This document shows positions 10,159-19,176 of a stretch of 64,000 bases of DNA, one piece after another. Source of the stretch: Dehalococcoidia bacterium (GTDB lineage: Bacteria; Chloroflexota; Dehalococcoidia; UBA2979); contig CAXXDN010000002.1 of NCBI GenBank assembly GCA_963667465.2, positions 64,001-128,000 of the forward strand, written 5' to 3'. A program made the translations under genes and the position numbers. Numbering within the stretch: position 1 is the first letter of the stretch; every line of letters starts with the position of its first letter. A model generated the notes under the pieces. That model saw only the letters and a list, made by a program, of their open reading frames with translations, made no database searches and was not told where the DNA came from.

Positions 10159-11403
10159 CTAGACCTGGTTCGTCATGACCAGCGACGAACCGGTCGGCGG
10201 CTGTGCCCAGCCGAGGTTCATCGTGATCTCCGGATCCCGAACCTGGCGGCAGGCGCCCTCGCTGTAGTCGTAGGTGTGGTCGCCGGTGCAGTAGTCGTCG
10301 ACCTCGCCGCGGAGCTGGCGCACGTTCTCGATGACCATGTTCATCCCGTGCGTGTAGCCCTCGCAGAGGTGACCGCCGGAGGGGTTGTTCGGCCGCTTCC
10401 CGCCCAGCTCGATGGTGCCGTCCGAGACGTAGTTGCCGCCCTCGCCGATCGGGCAGAAGCCGTAGGCCTCCAGCTGCAGCAGCGTGGTGAAGGTGAAGGC
10501 GTCGTAGGAGCCGGTGATGTCCACGTCCTCCGGGCCGATGCCGGCGTTCGGGAAGACCACGTCCTTCGTGTAGATCCCGCCCACCTGGTTGATCGGCCCG
10601 TGGTTCCAGTGGTAGTCGGGCGACCACTTGTGGGTGCGCCCGCCGGTCCCGAGGATCGCGACGTTCGGCCTCGGCAGGTCTCGCGCGCGCTCCGTGTTGG
10701 TGATCACGATCGCCGTCGCGTTGTCCGTCTCCACGCAGCAGTCCAGCAGGTGGAACGGCTCCACGATGTAGCGCGAGTTGAGCACGTCGTCGACCGTCAG
10801 GCGCTGCTTGTAGTAGGCCTTCGGGTTGTTCGAGGCGCCCTTGCTGTGCGCCACCTTGACGTGCGCGAGCTGCTCCGGCGTCGTGCCGTACTCGTACATG
10901 TGGCGCACGAAGGTGAGCCCGAAGTTCTGCAGCGCGCTGGCGATGCCGTAGATGCGGCTGTGCATCGTGTGGTCGCCGTGCCGCGTCATGAACGGAGGTG
11001 GCCCCGCCGGCGCGCCCACCGGCGTCCCGCCGATGCGCATCTCCGTGAAGCCGTTCATCGTCCGGTAGACGACCATCGCGTCACAGAGACCGGCCTCGAG
11101 CGCGCCGATCGCGAGCCCGATCAGTGTCTCCGAGGAAGATCCGCCGCCCCAGGTGTCCACCTGGTAGTCCATCCGCACGCCGAGGTCGGAGAAGATGATC
11201 TCGGAGCCGGCCGCGTCGCCGACCTGGTAGCAGGTCGTTCCCCAACTGGTGCTGTCGTAGTCGAGGCCGGAGTCGTCGATCGCCTTCTTGACCGCCTCCA
11301 CGCCCATCTGGCGCGTCGTGCGGCCGGAGTTGCGCGAGTACTCGGTCTCGCCAACGCCAACGACTGCGTACTTGCCTCGAAGCAGGCCATGACCTTTAGC
11401 CAA
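10159..11403 (-). CDS. Thiolase-fold SCP2/Ltp-type protein (lipid-transfer protein family)
   Basis: 'VVGVGETEY', 'LLDCC', 'YDAFT', 'NPSGGHLCEG'; TTG start after AAGGAAGG. Confidence 0.9.
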   Translation of the reverse strand: MAKGHGLLRGKYAVVGVGETEYSRNSGRTTRQMGVEAVKKAIDDSGLDYDSTSWGTTCYQVGDAAGSEIIFSDLGVRMDYQVDTWGGGSSSETLIGLAIGALEAGLCDAMVVYRTMNGFTEMRIGGTPVGAPAGPPPFMTRHGDHTMHSRIYGIASALQNFGLTFVRHMYEYGTTPEQLAHVKVAHSKGASNNPKAYYKQRLTVDDVLNSRYIVEPFHLLDCCVETDNATAIVITNTERARDLPRPNVAILGTGGRTHKWSPDYHWNHGPINQVGGIYTKDVVFPNAGIGPEDVDITGSYDAFTFTTLLQLEAYGFCPIGEGGNYVSDGTIELGGKRPNNPSGGHLCEGYTHGMNMVIENVRQLRGEVDDYCTGDHTYDYSEGACRQVRDPEITMNLGWAQPPTGSSLVMTNQV

Positions 11404-11546
11404 CTGTGCCTTCCTTCCTTATGCGTTCGCCGCGCCGCACTCTACAGCACGGGCGCGATGGTGGCGACGCGATCCGCGCCCCGGCGCGCGTGCTGCAGGC
11501 TGGACAAGCGCGGCCCCGTCGCCTACCAATGCCCGAGGGAGGACGT

Positions 11547-12560
11547 ATGCCCAACCGCTACGTGATCTACGGCGCAGGCGGCATCGGCTGCGCCATCGGC
11601 GCGCGGCTCTTCGCCAGCGGTCGCGAGGTGGTCCTGATCGCGCGCGGCCCGCACCTCGAGGCCATCCGCGAGCGCGGCCTGACCCTCAAGACGCCCGCCG
11701 ACACGCTGGAGCTTCGCATCCCGGCAGTCGGCAGCCCGCACGAGGTCGACTTCCGCGAGGGCGACGTCGTCTTCCTCACGATGAAGACGCAGGACTGCGT
11801 GGACGCCCTCGACGAGCTGCGCCTGGCCGGCGGGGCCGGCCTGCCCGTCGTCTGCACGCAGAACGGCATCGAGAACGAGCGCATGGCGCTGCGCCGTTTC
11901 GAGCGCGTCTACGCCGTCGAGGTGCTGGTCGCCACCTCCTTCGTCGAGCCGGGCCTGGTCCTCAGCTATGACAAGCGCGGCGGCGGCACGCTGGTGCTGG
12001 GCCGCTACCCCGAGGGCGCCGACGACCGCGTGCGCTCCATGGCCGCCGACCTGACGGCCGCCGGCTTCCGCGGCGAGGTCGAGGAGCAGGTGATGCGCTG
12101 GAAGTACCACAAGCTGATCCGCAACCTCGGCGCCGCCTTCCCCGCCGTCTTCGGCCCCGGCGCCGACACCGTCGCGCTGCGCGCGCGCCTCGAGACGGAG
12201 ACGGAGGCGGTCTTCGCCGCCGCCGGCATCGACTACGCCTCGAAGGAGGAGTCTGCGGCGGCCGGTCGCGCGCCCGGCTTCGAGTGGGGCGAGATCCCCG
12301 GCCACGGGGAGTTCACCAGCTCCGTCTGGCAGGGAGTGCAGCGCGGCAACCGCAGCGTGGAGACTGACTACGTGAACGGCGAGATCGTGCTGATCGGCGC
12401 GCTGCACGGCGTCCCCACCCCGTGGAACCGCGCACTCCAGCAGGCAGCCAACCATTGCGTACGCAACGCCATCGAGCCCGGCTCGATCAGCGTCGACGAC
12501 TTCGTCGAGGACGTCGAGCAGGAGATCGCCGGGGCGGTGGCGGAAGGGATTGCACGATGA
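11547..12560 (+). CDS. Ketopantoate reductase (PanE/ApbA) family oxidoreductase
   Basis: 'YGAGGIG', 'CTQNG', 'ETDYVNGEIV'; GGAGG RBS. Confidence 0.88.
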   Translation: MPNRYVIYGAGGIGCAIGARLFASGREVVLIARGPHLEAIRERGLTLKTPADTLELRIPAVGSPHEVDFREGDVVFLTMKTQDCVDALDELRLAGGAGLPVVCTQNGIENERMALRRFERVYAVEVLVATSFVEPGLVLSYDKRGGGTLVLGRYPEGADDRVRSMAADLTAAGFRGEVEEQVMRWKYHKLIRNLGAAFPAVFGPGADTVALRARLETETEAVFAAAGIDYASKEESAAAGRAPGFEWGEIPGHGEFTSSVWQGVQRGNRSVETDYVNGEIVLIGALHGVPTPWNRALQQAANHCVRNAIEPGSISVDDFVEDVEQEIAGAVAEGIAR

Positions 12561-13387
12561 CGGACATCGCCGGCAGCGTCGCGGTGATTACGGGCGGCGG
12601 CAGCGGCGCCGGCCGCGCCATCGCCCTCGAGTGCGCGCGCCAGGGGGCGCGCGGCGTCGTCATCGCGGACATCGAGGCCGGACCCGCCGGGGAGGCGGCC
12701 GCCGAGGTGCGCGAGGCCGGCGCGGCCTCGATCGCCGTCCAGACCGACGTGAGCGTTCGCGCCGCCGTCGAGGCCCTCGCGGCCCGCGCCTACGAGGAGT
12801 TCGGTGAGGTCAACCTGCTCTTCAACAACGCCGGCGTCAGCAAGCGCAACCCGATCGCCGAGGCCCCTGACGAGGACTGGGACTGGCTCACCTCGGTCGA
12901 CCTGATGGGGCCGATGTACGGCGTCTACGCCTTCGTTCCGCGCATGCGGGAGCAGGAGGGGCCGGGGCACATCATCAACACCGCCTCCGTCTCCGGGCTG
13001 GTGGCGCGCCCGAACGTGAACGGCATCTACACCTCGATCAAGCATGGCCTCGTCGGCGTCAGCGCCGTCCTCCACGACGAACTCGCCCCCGAGGGCATCG
13101 TCGTCTCCTGCTGGTGCCCCGGCGGGATGCTGACCAACATGCGGGACTCCGGCCGCAACCGGCAGGAGCGCTTCGGCGGCGCCTACCCGGAGCAGCCGCG
13201 GCCCGTCGCCCGCGAGCCCAACCCGATGACCGTCGACGACGTCGCGAAGCGCGTGCTCGCCGCCGTGCGCGAGAACCGGCTCTACATCTTCAGCCACCCG
13301 CACACGCGCCCCACCGTCGAGGCCTACTACCAGCAGATCCTCGACGATTTCGAGGCAGGCGAGCGCATCGCCGCCGAGCTGGGGTAG
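12557..13387 (+). CDS. SDR family oxidoreductase
   Basis: TGGGSGAG, NNAG, YTSIK catalytic motif; ATGA overlap. Confidence 0.92.
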   Translation: MTDIAGSVAVITGGGSGAGRAIALECARQGARGVVIADIEAGPAGEAAAEVREAGAASIAVQTDVSVRAAVEALAARAYEEFGEVNLLFNNAGVSKRNPIAEAPDEDWDWLTSVDLMGPMYGVYAFVPRMREQEGPGHIINTASVSGLVARPNVNGIYTSIKHGLVGVSAVLHDELAPEGIVVSCWCPGGMLTNMRDSGRNRQERFGGAYPEQPRPVAREPNPMTVDDVAKRVLAAVRENRLYIFSHPHTRPTVEAYYQQILDDFEAGERIAAELG

Positions 13388-13398
13388 CGCGCTCGCTC

Positions 13399-14280
13399 AT
13401 GTCGAGGCTCAGCGAGACCGTTCGCGTCGGCTCGCTCGAGGTTGCCGCGATCAGCGACAGCGCACCGGACGTCACCGACTTCCAGCGCCACCTCCCCGGC
13501 GTCGACCCGGCCGCCTGGATGCGCGAGGTCGGGATCACGGACCCCTCCGACCCGGTCCCGTTCAACCTCGGCAGCTTCCTGATCCGCGGCGACGGCCGCA
13601 CTACGCTCGTCGACGCCGGCTACGGCGTCTTCGGGCGCACGCTCGGCACGCCGGGCTGCGGTGCGCTGCTGGAGCGCATCGCCGAGCTGGGCGTCGCCCT
13701 CGAGGATGTCGACGCCGTCGTGCAGACGCATCTGCACCCCGACCACGTCGGTTGGCTGATCGACGAGGACCGCGACAACGCGCTCACGTTCCCCAACGCG
13801 ACGGTCTACGTCTCGCGGACCGAGCTCGACCACTGGCTCGGCCCCGAGGCGGACCCGCAACGCCTGGAGTTCGTACGCCGCTGCGTGCTGCCCGTGCACG
13901 AGGCCTCCCGCATCGAGCCCGTCGACGGGGAGGGCACGATCTCGCCCTCACTGACGATGGTGCCGACTCCGGGGCACACGCCCGGCCACTGTTCGCTGCT
14001 CCTCTCCTCGGGTGGCGAGTCGTCGGGAGTCGAGCGCCTGCTGATCACCGGCGACGTCGCCTATCACCCCGCCCACCTGGTGCGGCCGGAGTGGCGCACC
14101 TTCCTCGAGCACGACGCCGCCGAGGCGGAGCGGTCGCGCCGCAAGGTCGCGGAGCTGGCGATCGCGCGTGACGCCCTCGTGACGGGCGGGCACTTCGGCA
14201 TTCCCACGCTCGGACGGCTGCGCCGGGTGGAGACGGGTTACGCCTGGGAGGCGCTCGCGACTCCCGAGCCGTACACCTGA
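13399..14280 (+). CDS. Metallo-beta-lactamase fold hydrolase
   Basis: THLHPDHVG, TPGHTPGH, GD and GGH metal ligands. Confidence 0.9.
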   Translation: MSRLSETVRVGSLEVAAISDSAPDVTDFQRHLPGVDPAAWMREVGITDPSDPVPFNLGSFLIRGDGRTTLVDAGYGVFGRTLGTPGCGALLERIAELGVALEDVDAVVQTHLHPDHVGWLIDEDRDNALTFPNATVYVSRTELDHWLGPEADPQRLEFVRRCVLPVHEASRIEPVDGEGTISPSLTMVPTPGHTPGHCSLLLSSGGESSGVERLLITGDVAYHPAHLVRPEWRTFLEHDAAEAERSRRKVAELAIARDALVTGGHFGIPTLGRLRRVETGYAWEALATPEPYT

Positions 14281-14337
14281 GGCGACCGCGTCGGCCCTCG
14301 CGGGTTTCGTTTACCCTAGCGCGGCAGGAGGACGTCC

Positions 14338-15552
14338 ATGGACTGGCAAGACAGCCCCGATCAGGCCGCGTTCCGCAGCGAGGTGCGCAGCTTCATCGAG
14401 CAGCGCCTCCCCGAGCACTACCGCGACCGCCCGCCCGGCGCACCCGACGAGTGGGTCGCCGACCGCGGGGCGCCGGAGCCGGAGCGCCGCGAGGCCGCCC
14501 GCGCGTGGGCGGTGGCCCTCGGCGAGCGTGGCTGGGTCGCGCCGCACATCCCCACCGAGTACGGCGGGGGCGGGCTCTCCAAGTGGGAGCAGTTCATCTA
14601 CAACCAGGAGATGGCCCGCGTCAGCGCGCCCGTCGTCGGCAGCTCGCACTCGGTCGAGATGCTGACGCCCACACTCGTCGTCCACGGTACCGACGCGCAG
14701 AAGAGCGCGTACCTGCCGCGCATCCTCGGCGGCGAGATGGTGTGGTGCCAGGGCTACTCCGAGCCGGGCGCCGGCTCGGACCTCGCCTCGGTGCAGACGC
14801 GCGCCGTCCTCGATGGTGACGAGTACGTGGTGAACGGGCAGAAGATCTGGACGACGAACGGCCACCACGCCGACGCGATCTTCGCGATGGTGCGCACGGA
14901 CCCGGACGCGCCCAAGCACCGCGGCATCAGCTTCCTGCTGATCGACGACATGACCATCGAGGGCGTCAGCATCCGTCCACTCGTCAACATGGCCTGGGAG
15001 CACGGCTTCAACGAAGTCTTCTTCGAGGATGTGCGCGTCCCCGCCACCAACGTGGTTGGCGATGTGAACCGCGGCTGGTACGTGTCCATGACACTGCTCG
15101 ACTTCGAGCGCTCCGGCGTGCGCCAGGCGACGAACGTGCGCCGCCAGTTCAACCAGCTCCTCGGTGAGGTGATCGAGCCGCGTGCGCCGGGCTCGGTGCG
15201 CAGCCTGCCGACCGTGCGCGCGGAGATCGCCGACCGCGCGATCGACACGGCGGTCTGCGAGAACTTCTCGTTGCGCGTGATCTCGATGCAGGCGGTGGGC
15301 CTGATCCCGAACTACGAGGCCTCGATGGGCAAGCTGCGGATCAGCGAGACGCTGCAGGCGATCTCGCGCACGGGCGTGCGCGCGTTCGGGCTCTACTCGA
15401 ACCTCTGGGACCCGGAGGACGAGCGCTCCCCCGCGCGCGCCGACTTCACGCAGCGCTACCTGACCTCGATCCCGCACACGATCGGTGCGGGCACCTCCGA
15501 GATCCAGCGCAACATCATCGCCACGCGCGGCCTCGGCCTGCCGCGGGGATAG
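14338..15552 (+). CDS. Acyl-CoA dehydrogenase (FadE-like)
   Basis: 'WCQGYSEPGAGSDLAS', 'NGQKIWT', 'GAGTSEIQRNII'. Confidence 0.95.
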   Translation: MDWQDSPDQAAFRSEVRSFIEQRLPEHYRDRPPGAPDEWVADRGAPEPERREAARAWAVALGERGWVAPHIPTEYGGGGLSKWEQFIYNQEMARVSAPVVGSSHSVEMLTPTLVVHGTDAQKSAYLPRILGGEMVWCQGYSEPGAGSDLASVQTRAVLDGDEYVVNGQKIWTTNGHHADAIFAMVRTDPDAPKHRGISFLLIDDMTIEGVSIRPLVNMAWEHGFNEVFFEDVRVPATNVVGDVNRGWYVSMTLLDFERSGVRQATNVRRQFNQLLGEVIEPRAPGSVRSLPTVRAEIADRAIDTAVCENFSLRVISMQAVGLIPNYEASMGKLRISETLQAISRTGVRAFGLYSNLWDPEDERSPARADFTQRYLTSIPHTIGAGTSEIQRNIIATRGLGLPRG

Positions 15553-15573
15553 GGGCGCTACCGCTGGCTGCGG

Positions 15574-15897
15574 CTACCGGACCGCGCTGGCGATCGTCTC
15601 GGACAGCCAGGCGTTGAGGCTCTTGCCCTCGGCTCTTGCGGTCTCCGTCGCCGCGCGATGGACATTGGGCGGAATCCTGAGCGGAATCTTGCCGGAGAAC
15701 GCCTTGTCGGGTTGCCGTCCTCGCTCCGCACATACCTTCAAGTACTCGTCGACGGACGCGGCAAACTCCTCGCGAAGGCCCGACACCGACTCCGATTGGA
15801 AGGTGATCACATCGCGTGTGCCTATCACCTCGCCATGGAAGATGTCGGTTTCGTCATCGAAGGTGACGGTTGCCCGGTATCCGCGGTACTCAATCAT
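15574..15897 (-). CDS. hicB: HicB family antitoxin
   Basis: 'EYRGY...FHGEVIG..DVITF...SVDEYL...FSGKIPLRI...SLN'. Confidence 0.92.
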   Translation of the reverse strand: MIEYRGYRATVTFDDETDIFHGEVIGTRDVITFQSESVSGLREEFAASVDEYLKVCAERGRQPDKAFSGKIPLRIPPNVHRAATETARAEGKSLNAWLSETIASAVR

Positions 15898-16172
15898 GCT
15901 CGCTGCTCCACGGTCTCCTCAGGCGTGACCCCTGCTTCCGTCAGGAATCTCCTCATGCTCGCGACGGACCCCTTGTCCGCCTCCTTGCGCGGATGGGGCC
16001 GGTGGAAGATCGCCAGCACGTCATGCAACTCGATCGCCACTCGTGACCCCGCCCGCTCCTCGATGTCGGCACCGCAGGCCAGCAAGAGCGATTCGATGTC
16101 GGCCCAGCGGATCCCCGCCTGCGTGGGCTGCCGGAAGACGGCGGCCAACGTTCTACGGTGACGACGCCTCAC
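15894..16172 (-). CDS. hicA: HicA family toxin
   Basis: 'IRWADIESLL...EERAGSRV...FHRPHPRKE'; overlaps hicB start. Confidence 0.9.
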   Translation of the reverse strand: MRRRHRRTLAAVFRQPTQAGIRWADIESLLLACGADIEERAGSRVAIELHDVLAIFHRPHPRKEADKGSVASMRRFLTEAGVTPEETVEQRA

Positions 16173-16176
16173 GCGA

Positions 16177-16197
16177 TGATATCAAAAGACGATATCA
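16177..16197. promoter_or_regulatory. Probable hicAB operator/promoter: two GATATC palindromes
   Basis: TGATATCA (16177-16184) and GATATCA (16191-16197) in an AT-rich patch just upstream of hicA. Confidence 0.5.
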
Positions 16198-16215
16198 AGG
16201 GCCAGCCCCCAACCG

Positions 16216-17151
16216 CTAGAACATCGCGATCGGGTTGACGGGGGAGGCGGTGCCCTGGTCGAGGCGCAGCGGGGCGAGGGTGAGCAGGAACTCCCAGCGA
16301 CCCCGCTCCTCGCAGGCTGCGGCGAGGCGGCCGAGCTGCATGTTGTCGATCAGGTGGATGCCCATCGAGACGATCAGCACCTGGTGCAGCGGCGTGTCCC
16401 AGCCCTCGATCTGGTGCGGCATCGCGTCCGTGATCCCGTCGCAGCCGACGACGGCGACGCCGCGCTCGCGAATCCACGGGGCGCACGTCACCGACAGCCC
16501 GGCGATCCCCTCGACGCCCGAGGTCCAGTAGCCGTGCTCCTCGCGGCGCGCGTCGCGTCCGATGCAGACCAGCAGGATGTCGCCCTCGGAGACCGTGACG
16601 CCCTGGCGCGCCTCGGCCGCCTCGAGGTCCTCGACGGTGATGCGCGTGCCGAGTTCGAGGTAAGGCACACCGTGCAGGGCGGGGATGTCGAGCAGCACAC
16701 CGCGGCTCACCACGCCGTCCTGGCCGGACATAATGCTGTTCCGTCGCGCCCCGACGCTGGTGACCTCGGCCTGGTTGAAGCCGTTGTACATCTTGCCGTC
16801 GCGGAAGATGTGGCAGAGCGCGTCGAGGTGCGTGTTCGCCACGCCGTGCGGCGCGATCGAGAAGTAGTCGCTCGACCCTTGCAGGTTCTGAGGCCGCGTG
16901 ATGTCGCCGGCGACGAGCATCGTGTGCCGCACGGGCGTCGGGTTGTCGGCGTGCGGGTGCTTCGCGAGTTCGAGGGCGCAGCTGACGGTCACGCCCTCCT
17001 GGACGAGGGAGGCTGCTGCGGCGCGCTTCCCGGCGGTGATCAGGTTGAGCGCGCCGCGCTCGTCCTCGGGGCCCCAGCGGCCCCAGTTGGAAACCGCGTC
17101 GAAGATCGCCTGCAGCTCGTCCGGTGTGGTGGTCTCGGTGGAGATGGTGAT
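16216..17151 (-). CDS. Cyclase/kynurenine formamidase family metal hydrolase (apparent ATC start)
   Basis: 'NWGRWGPEDERGALNLIT' lies upstream of the called GTG (16992); HxxxxTHLDA motif; AAGGAGG 6 nt before ATC at 17151. Confidence 0.85.
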   Translation of the reverse strand: MTISTETTTPDELQAIFDAVSNWGRWGPEDERGALNLITAGKRAAAASLVQEGVTVSCALELAKHPHADNPTPVRHTMLVAGDITRPQNLQGSSDYFSIAPHGVANTHLDALCHIFRDGKMYNGFNQAEVTSVGARRNSIMSGQDGVVSRGVLLDIPALHGVPYLELGTRITVEDLEAAEARQGVTVSEGDILLVCIGRDARREEHGYWTSGVEGIAGLSVTCAPWIRERGVAVVGCDGITDAMPHQIEGWDTPLHQVLIVSMGIHLIDNMQLGRLAAACEERGRWEFLLTLAPLRLDQGTASPVNPIAMF

Positions 17152-17213
17152 GGTGCGCCTCCTTGCGTCGCGGGGCCGGGCGGCCCTCGAGGATGGCCCG
17201 TGCCGGGCGTCCT

Positions 17214-17264
17214 CGTGCGAGGCGAGGCTAGCAGCGGCTTGCGGGGCTGACTACGGCGAGGGCG
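17214..17264 (+). repeat. 51-bp direct repeat, copy 1
   Basis: cgtgcgaggcgaggctagcagcggcttgcggggctgactacggcgagggcg, identical to 17835-17885. Confidence 0.92.
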
Positions 17265-17309
17265 TGGCGGGCCGGCGAGGGGCGTCGGCGCAGGCGGCGC
17301 TCGTCGCGG

Positions 17310-17714
17310 CTACATCGAGCGGCGCGCGGCGCGCCATTGCGCGATCGCCTCGGAGGCCAGCAAGACGATCGCGATTGCAACGAGGTAGTCCCAGAGCCAG
17401 CCGACTTCCTGATCGTTCCAGTGCGCCATGTACTGCTGCAGGTAGCGCACCCCGACGATGGCAGTCAGCGCCGTGACGACGTCGCGGGGCAACTGCCGCG
17501 CCGTCGCGGCTTCGCTGGCCCCTCGTAAGCGCAGCGAGTCGCGGACGTTCACGAGGGTGGCGAGGGCGATGGTGACGATCGCCGCCGGATCGGCGATGTA
17601 GTTCCAGATGAACTCGGCCGTGTCGCCGCTGGCGGCGTTGATGAAGATATTGAGCAGCAGCAGGGCGGACGCCGCAGCGCACAGCAGGGCCAGTCCGACT
17701 CGCCAGGTTGTCAC
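17310..17714 (-). CDS. Hypothetical membrane protein (about 4 TM helices)
   Basis: Hydrophobic segments; likely GTG start at 17714 after a G-rich RBS; lies between the 51-bp repeats. Confidence 0.7.
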   Translation of the reverse strand: MTTWRVGLALLCAAASALLLLNIFINAASGDTAEFIWNYIADPAAIVTIALATLVNVRDSLRLRGASEAATARQLPRDVVTALTAIVGVRYLQQYMAHWNDQEVGWLWDYLVAIAIVLLASEAIAQWRAARRSM

Positions 17715-17834
17715 GCGCCGTCCCCCTGTCCCGCTCCCGTCGCGCTCGCGCAACGAATGTGCCTGTGCGCCAGCCGAATATCAAGCAGCGTGCGGCCGCC
17801 GTCCCGCCGGGTGGTGCGGTCGACTCGCCCTCTC

Positions 17835-17885
17835 CGTGCGAGGCGAGGCTAGCAGCGGCTTGCGGGGCTGACTACGGCGAGGGCG
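17835..17885 (+). repeat. 51-bp direct repeat, copy 2 (spans the LRR gene stop codon)
   Basis: Identical to 17214-17264. Confidence 0.92.
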
Positions 17886-18100
17886 CTTCTCGCCCTCGGA
17901 CGGCGCGGCGGACGCCGGCGCAGGCGAGTAGCAGCGCGAGGAGCGCGAGGCGCGGGGCCGCGCCGCCCCCGTCGCGTGGTGGCGGGAGCAGCCCGGCGTT
18001 GCCAGGCCTGGGGAGTTCGGGCGCCGTCTCGCAGAACCGTAGACCGGGGCCGGGCAAACCGCTGTACTCCACTGATTCCAGGCCAGGCGGGATACACCCG

Positions 18101-18676
18101 GTCAGCTGATTGTCTGAGAGCGACAACCAGATCAGCTCGACAAGGTTCCCCAACTCACGCGGGATTTCACCCGTCAGCTTGTTGTTGTTGAGGAACAGAT
18201 GCGCGAGGTTGGCAAGCTTGCCGAGTTCGCGCGGTATCTCGCCGGTCAGCTGATTATCTGAGAGCGACAACCATGTCAGCTCGGCAAGGTTCCCCAACTC
18301 ACGCGGGATTTCACCCGTCAGCTTGTTGTTGTTGAGGAACAGATACGCGAGGTTGGCAAGCTTGCCGAGTTCGCGCGGTATCTCGCCGGTCAGCTGATTA
18401 TCTAAGAGCGACAACCATGTCAGCTCGGCAAGGTTCCCCAACTCACGCGGGATTTCACCCGTCAGATTGTTGTTGTTGAGGGACAGATGCGTGAGGTTGG
18501 CAAGCTTGCCGAGTTCGCGCGGTATCTCGCCGGTCAGTTGATTGCCTGAGAGCCACAACCATGTCAGCTCGGCAAGGTTCCCCAACTCACGCGGGATTTC
18601 ACCCGTCAGATTGTTGTTGTTGAGGGACAGCTGCGCGAGATTGGTAAGCTTGCCGAGTTCGCGCGGTATCTGGCCG
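18101..18676 (-). repeat. Four near-identical 144-bp tandem units (pairs of LRRs)
   Basis: Units begin gtcag at 18101, 18245, 18389, 18533; 72-bp periodicity continues to about 18920. Confidence 0.9.
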
Positions 18677-19013
18677 GTCAGATTGTTGTTGGTGAGGTCC
18701 AGATGCTCGAGGTTCTCGAGATTGCCCAACTCACGCGGGATTTCACCCGTCAGATTGCTTCTCGAGAGGTGCAACAGCCCGAGGTTCTCGAGATTGCCCA
18801 ACTCACGCGGGATCTCCCCGATCAGATTGTTCCCCCCGAGCTGCAGTGAATCGAGCTTGGTGAGGTTGCCGAGTTCACGCGGGATCTCACCGGTCAATTG
18901 GTTGTCAGGGAGGCTGAGCCACTCCACACGGCCGTCCTCGCCGGTCAGAACCCCGTACCACTCGCCCAGCGGCGCCTCACTAATCCAGTTCCATTTGTTC
19001 GGTGATTGCACAC

Positions 19014-19042
19014 TTGACACAGGGTTGATCCTCCACTAGGAT
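19014..19042 (+). promoter_or_regulatory. Sigma70-type promoter in left TIR, directed at the transposase
   Basis: TTGACA (19014-19019), 17 nt, TAGGAT (19037-19042). Confidence 0.7.
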
Positions 19043-19176
19043 GGCTTCATGGGAGTACGCACACCGGCCAGCCGTTCGAGTTCCGCTGCGGCTTTCTTTC
19101 CGAACAGCATCTCGATCACGTCATGGTCGGTTGTGTTCTCGTCTACCTTCTTCGGCAGCTTCGGGGGCTGAGTCAT
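19036..19176 (-). CDS. 46-aa micro-ORF divergent from and overlapping the transposase start (MTQPPKLPKKVDENTTDHDVIEMLFGKKAAAELERLAGVRTPMKPS)
   Basis: AGGAGG 9 nt upstream, located in transposase codons on the opposite strand; helical-looking sequence; below the ORF-track cutoff. Confidence 0.55.
   Translation of the reverse strand: MTQPPKLPKKVDENTTDHDVIEMLFGKKAAAELERLAGVRTPMKPS

Noticed and set aside
18101-18676. LRR repeats as a CRISPR array or DGR template/variable repeat
   Set aside because: They are in-frame coding tandem repeats; there is no reverse transcriptase and no evident adenine-specific variation pattern
17872-19020. ORF-track 382-aa LRR protein starting MSSVQSP
   Set aside because: Its first codons come from the IS left TIR; the real N-terminus is at 21166-20977
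19169-19171. In-frame TGA before the transposase as a selenocysteine or readthrough codon
   Set aside because: No SECIS recognised, and the upstream 40 aa do not resemble a transposase domain; treated as a uORF stop
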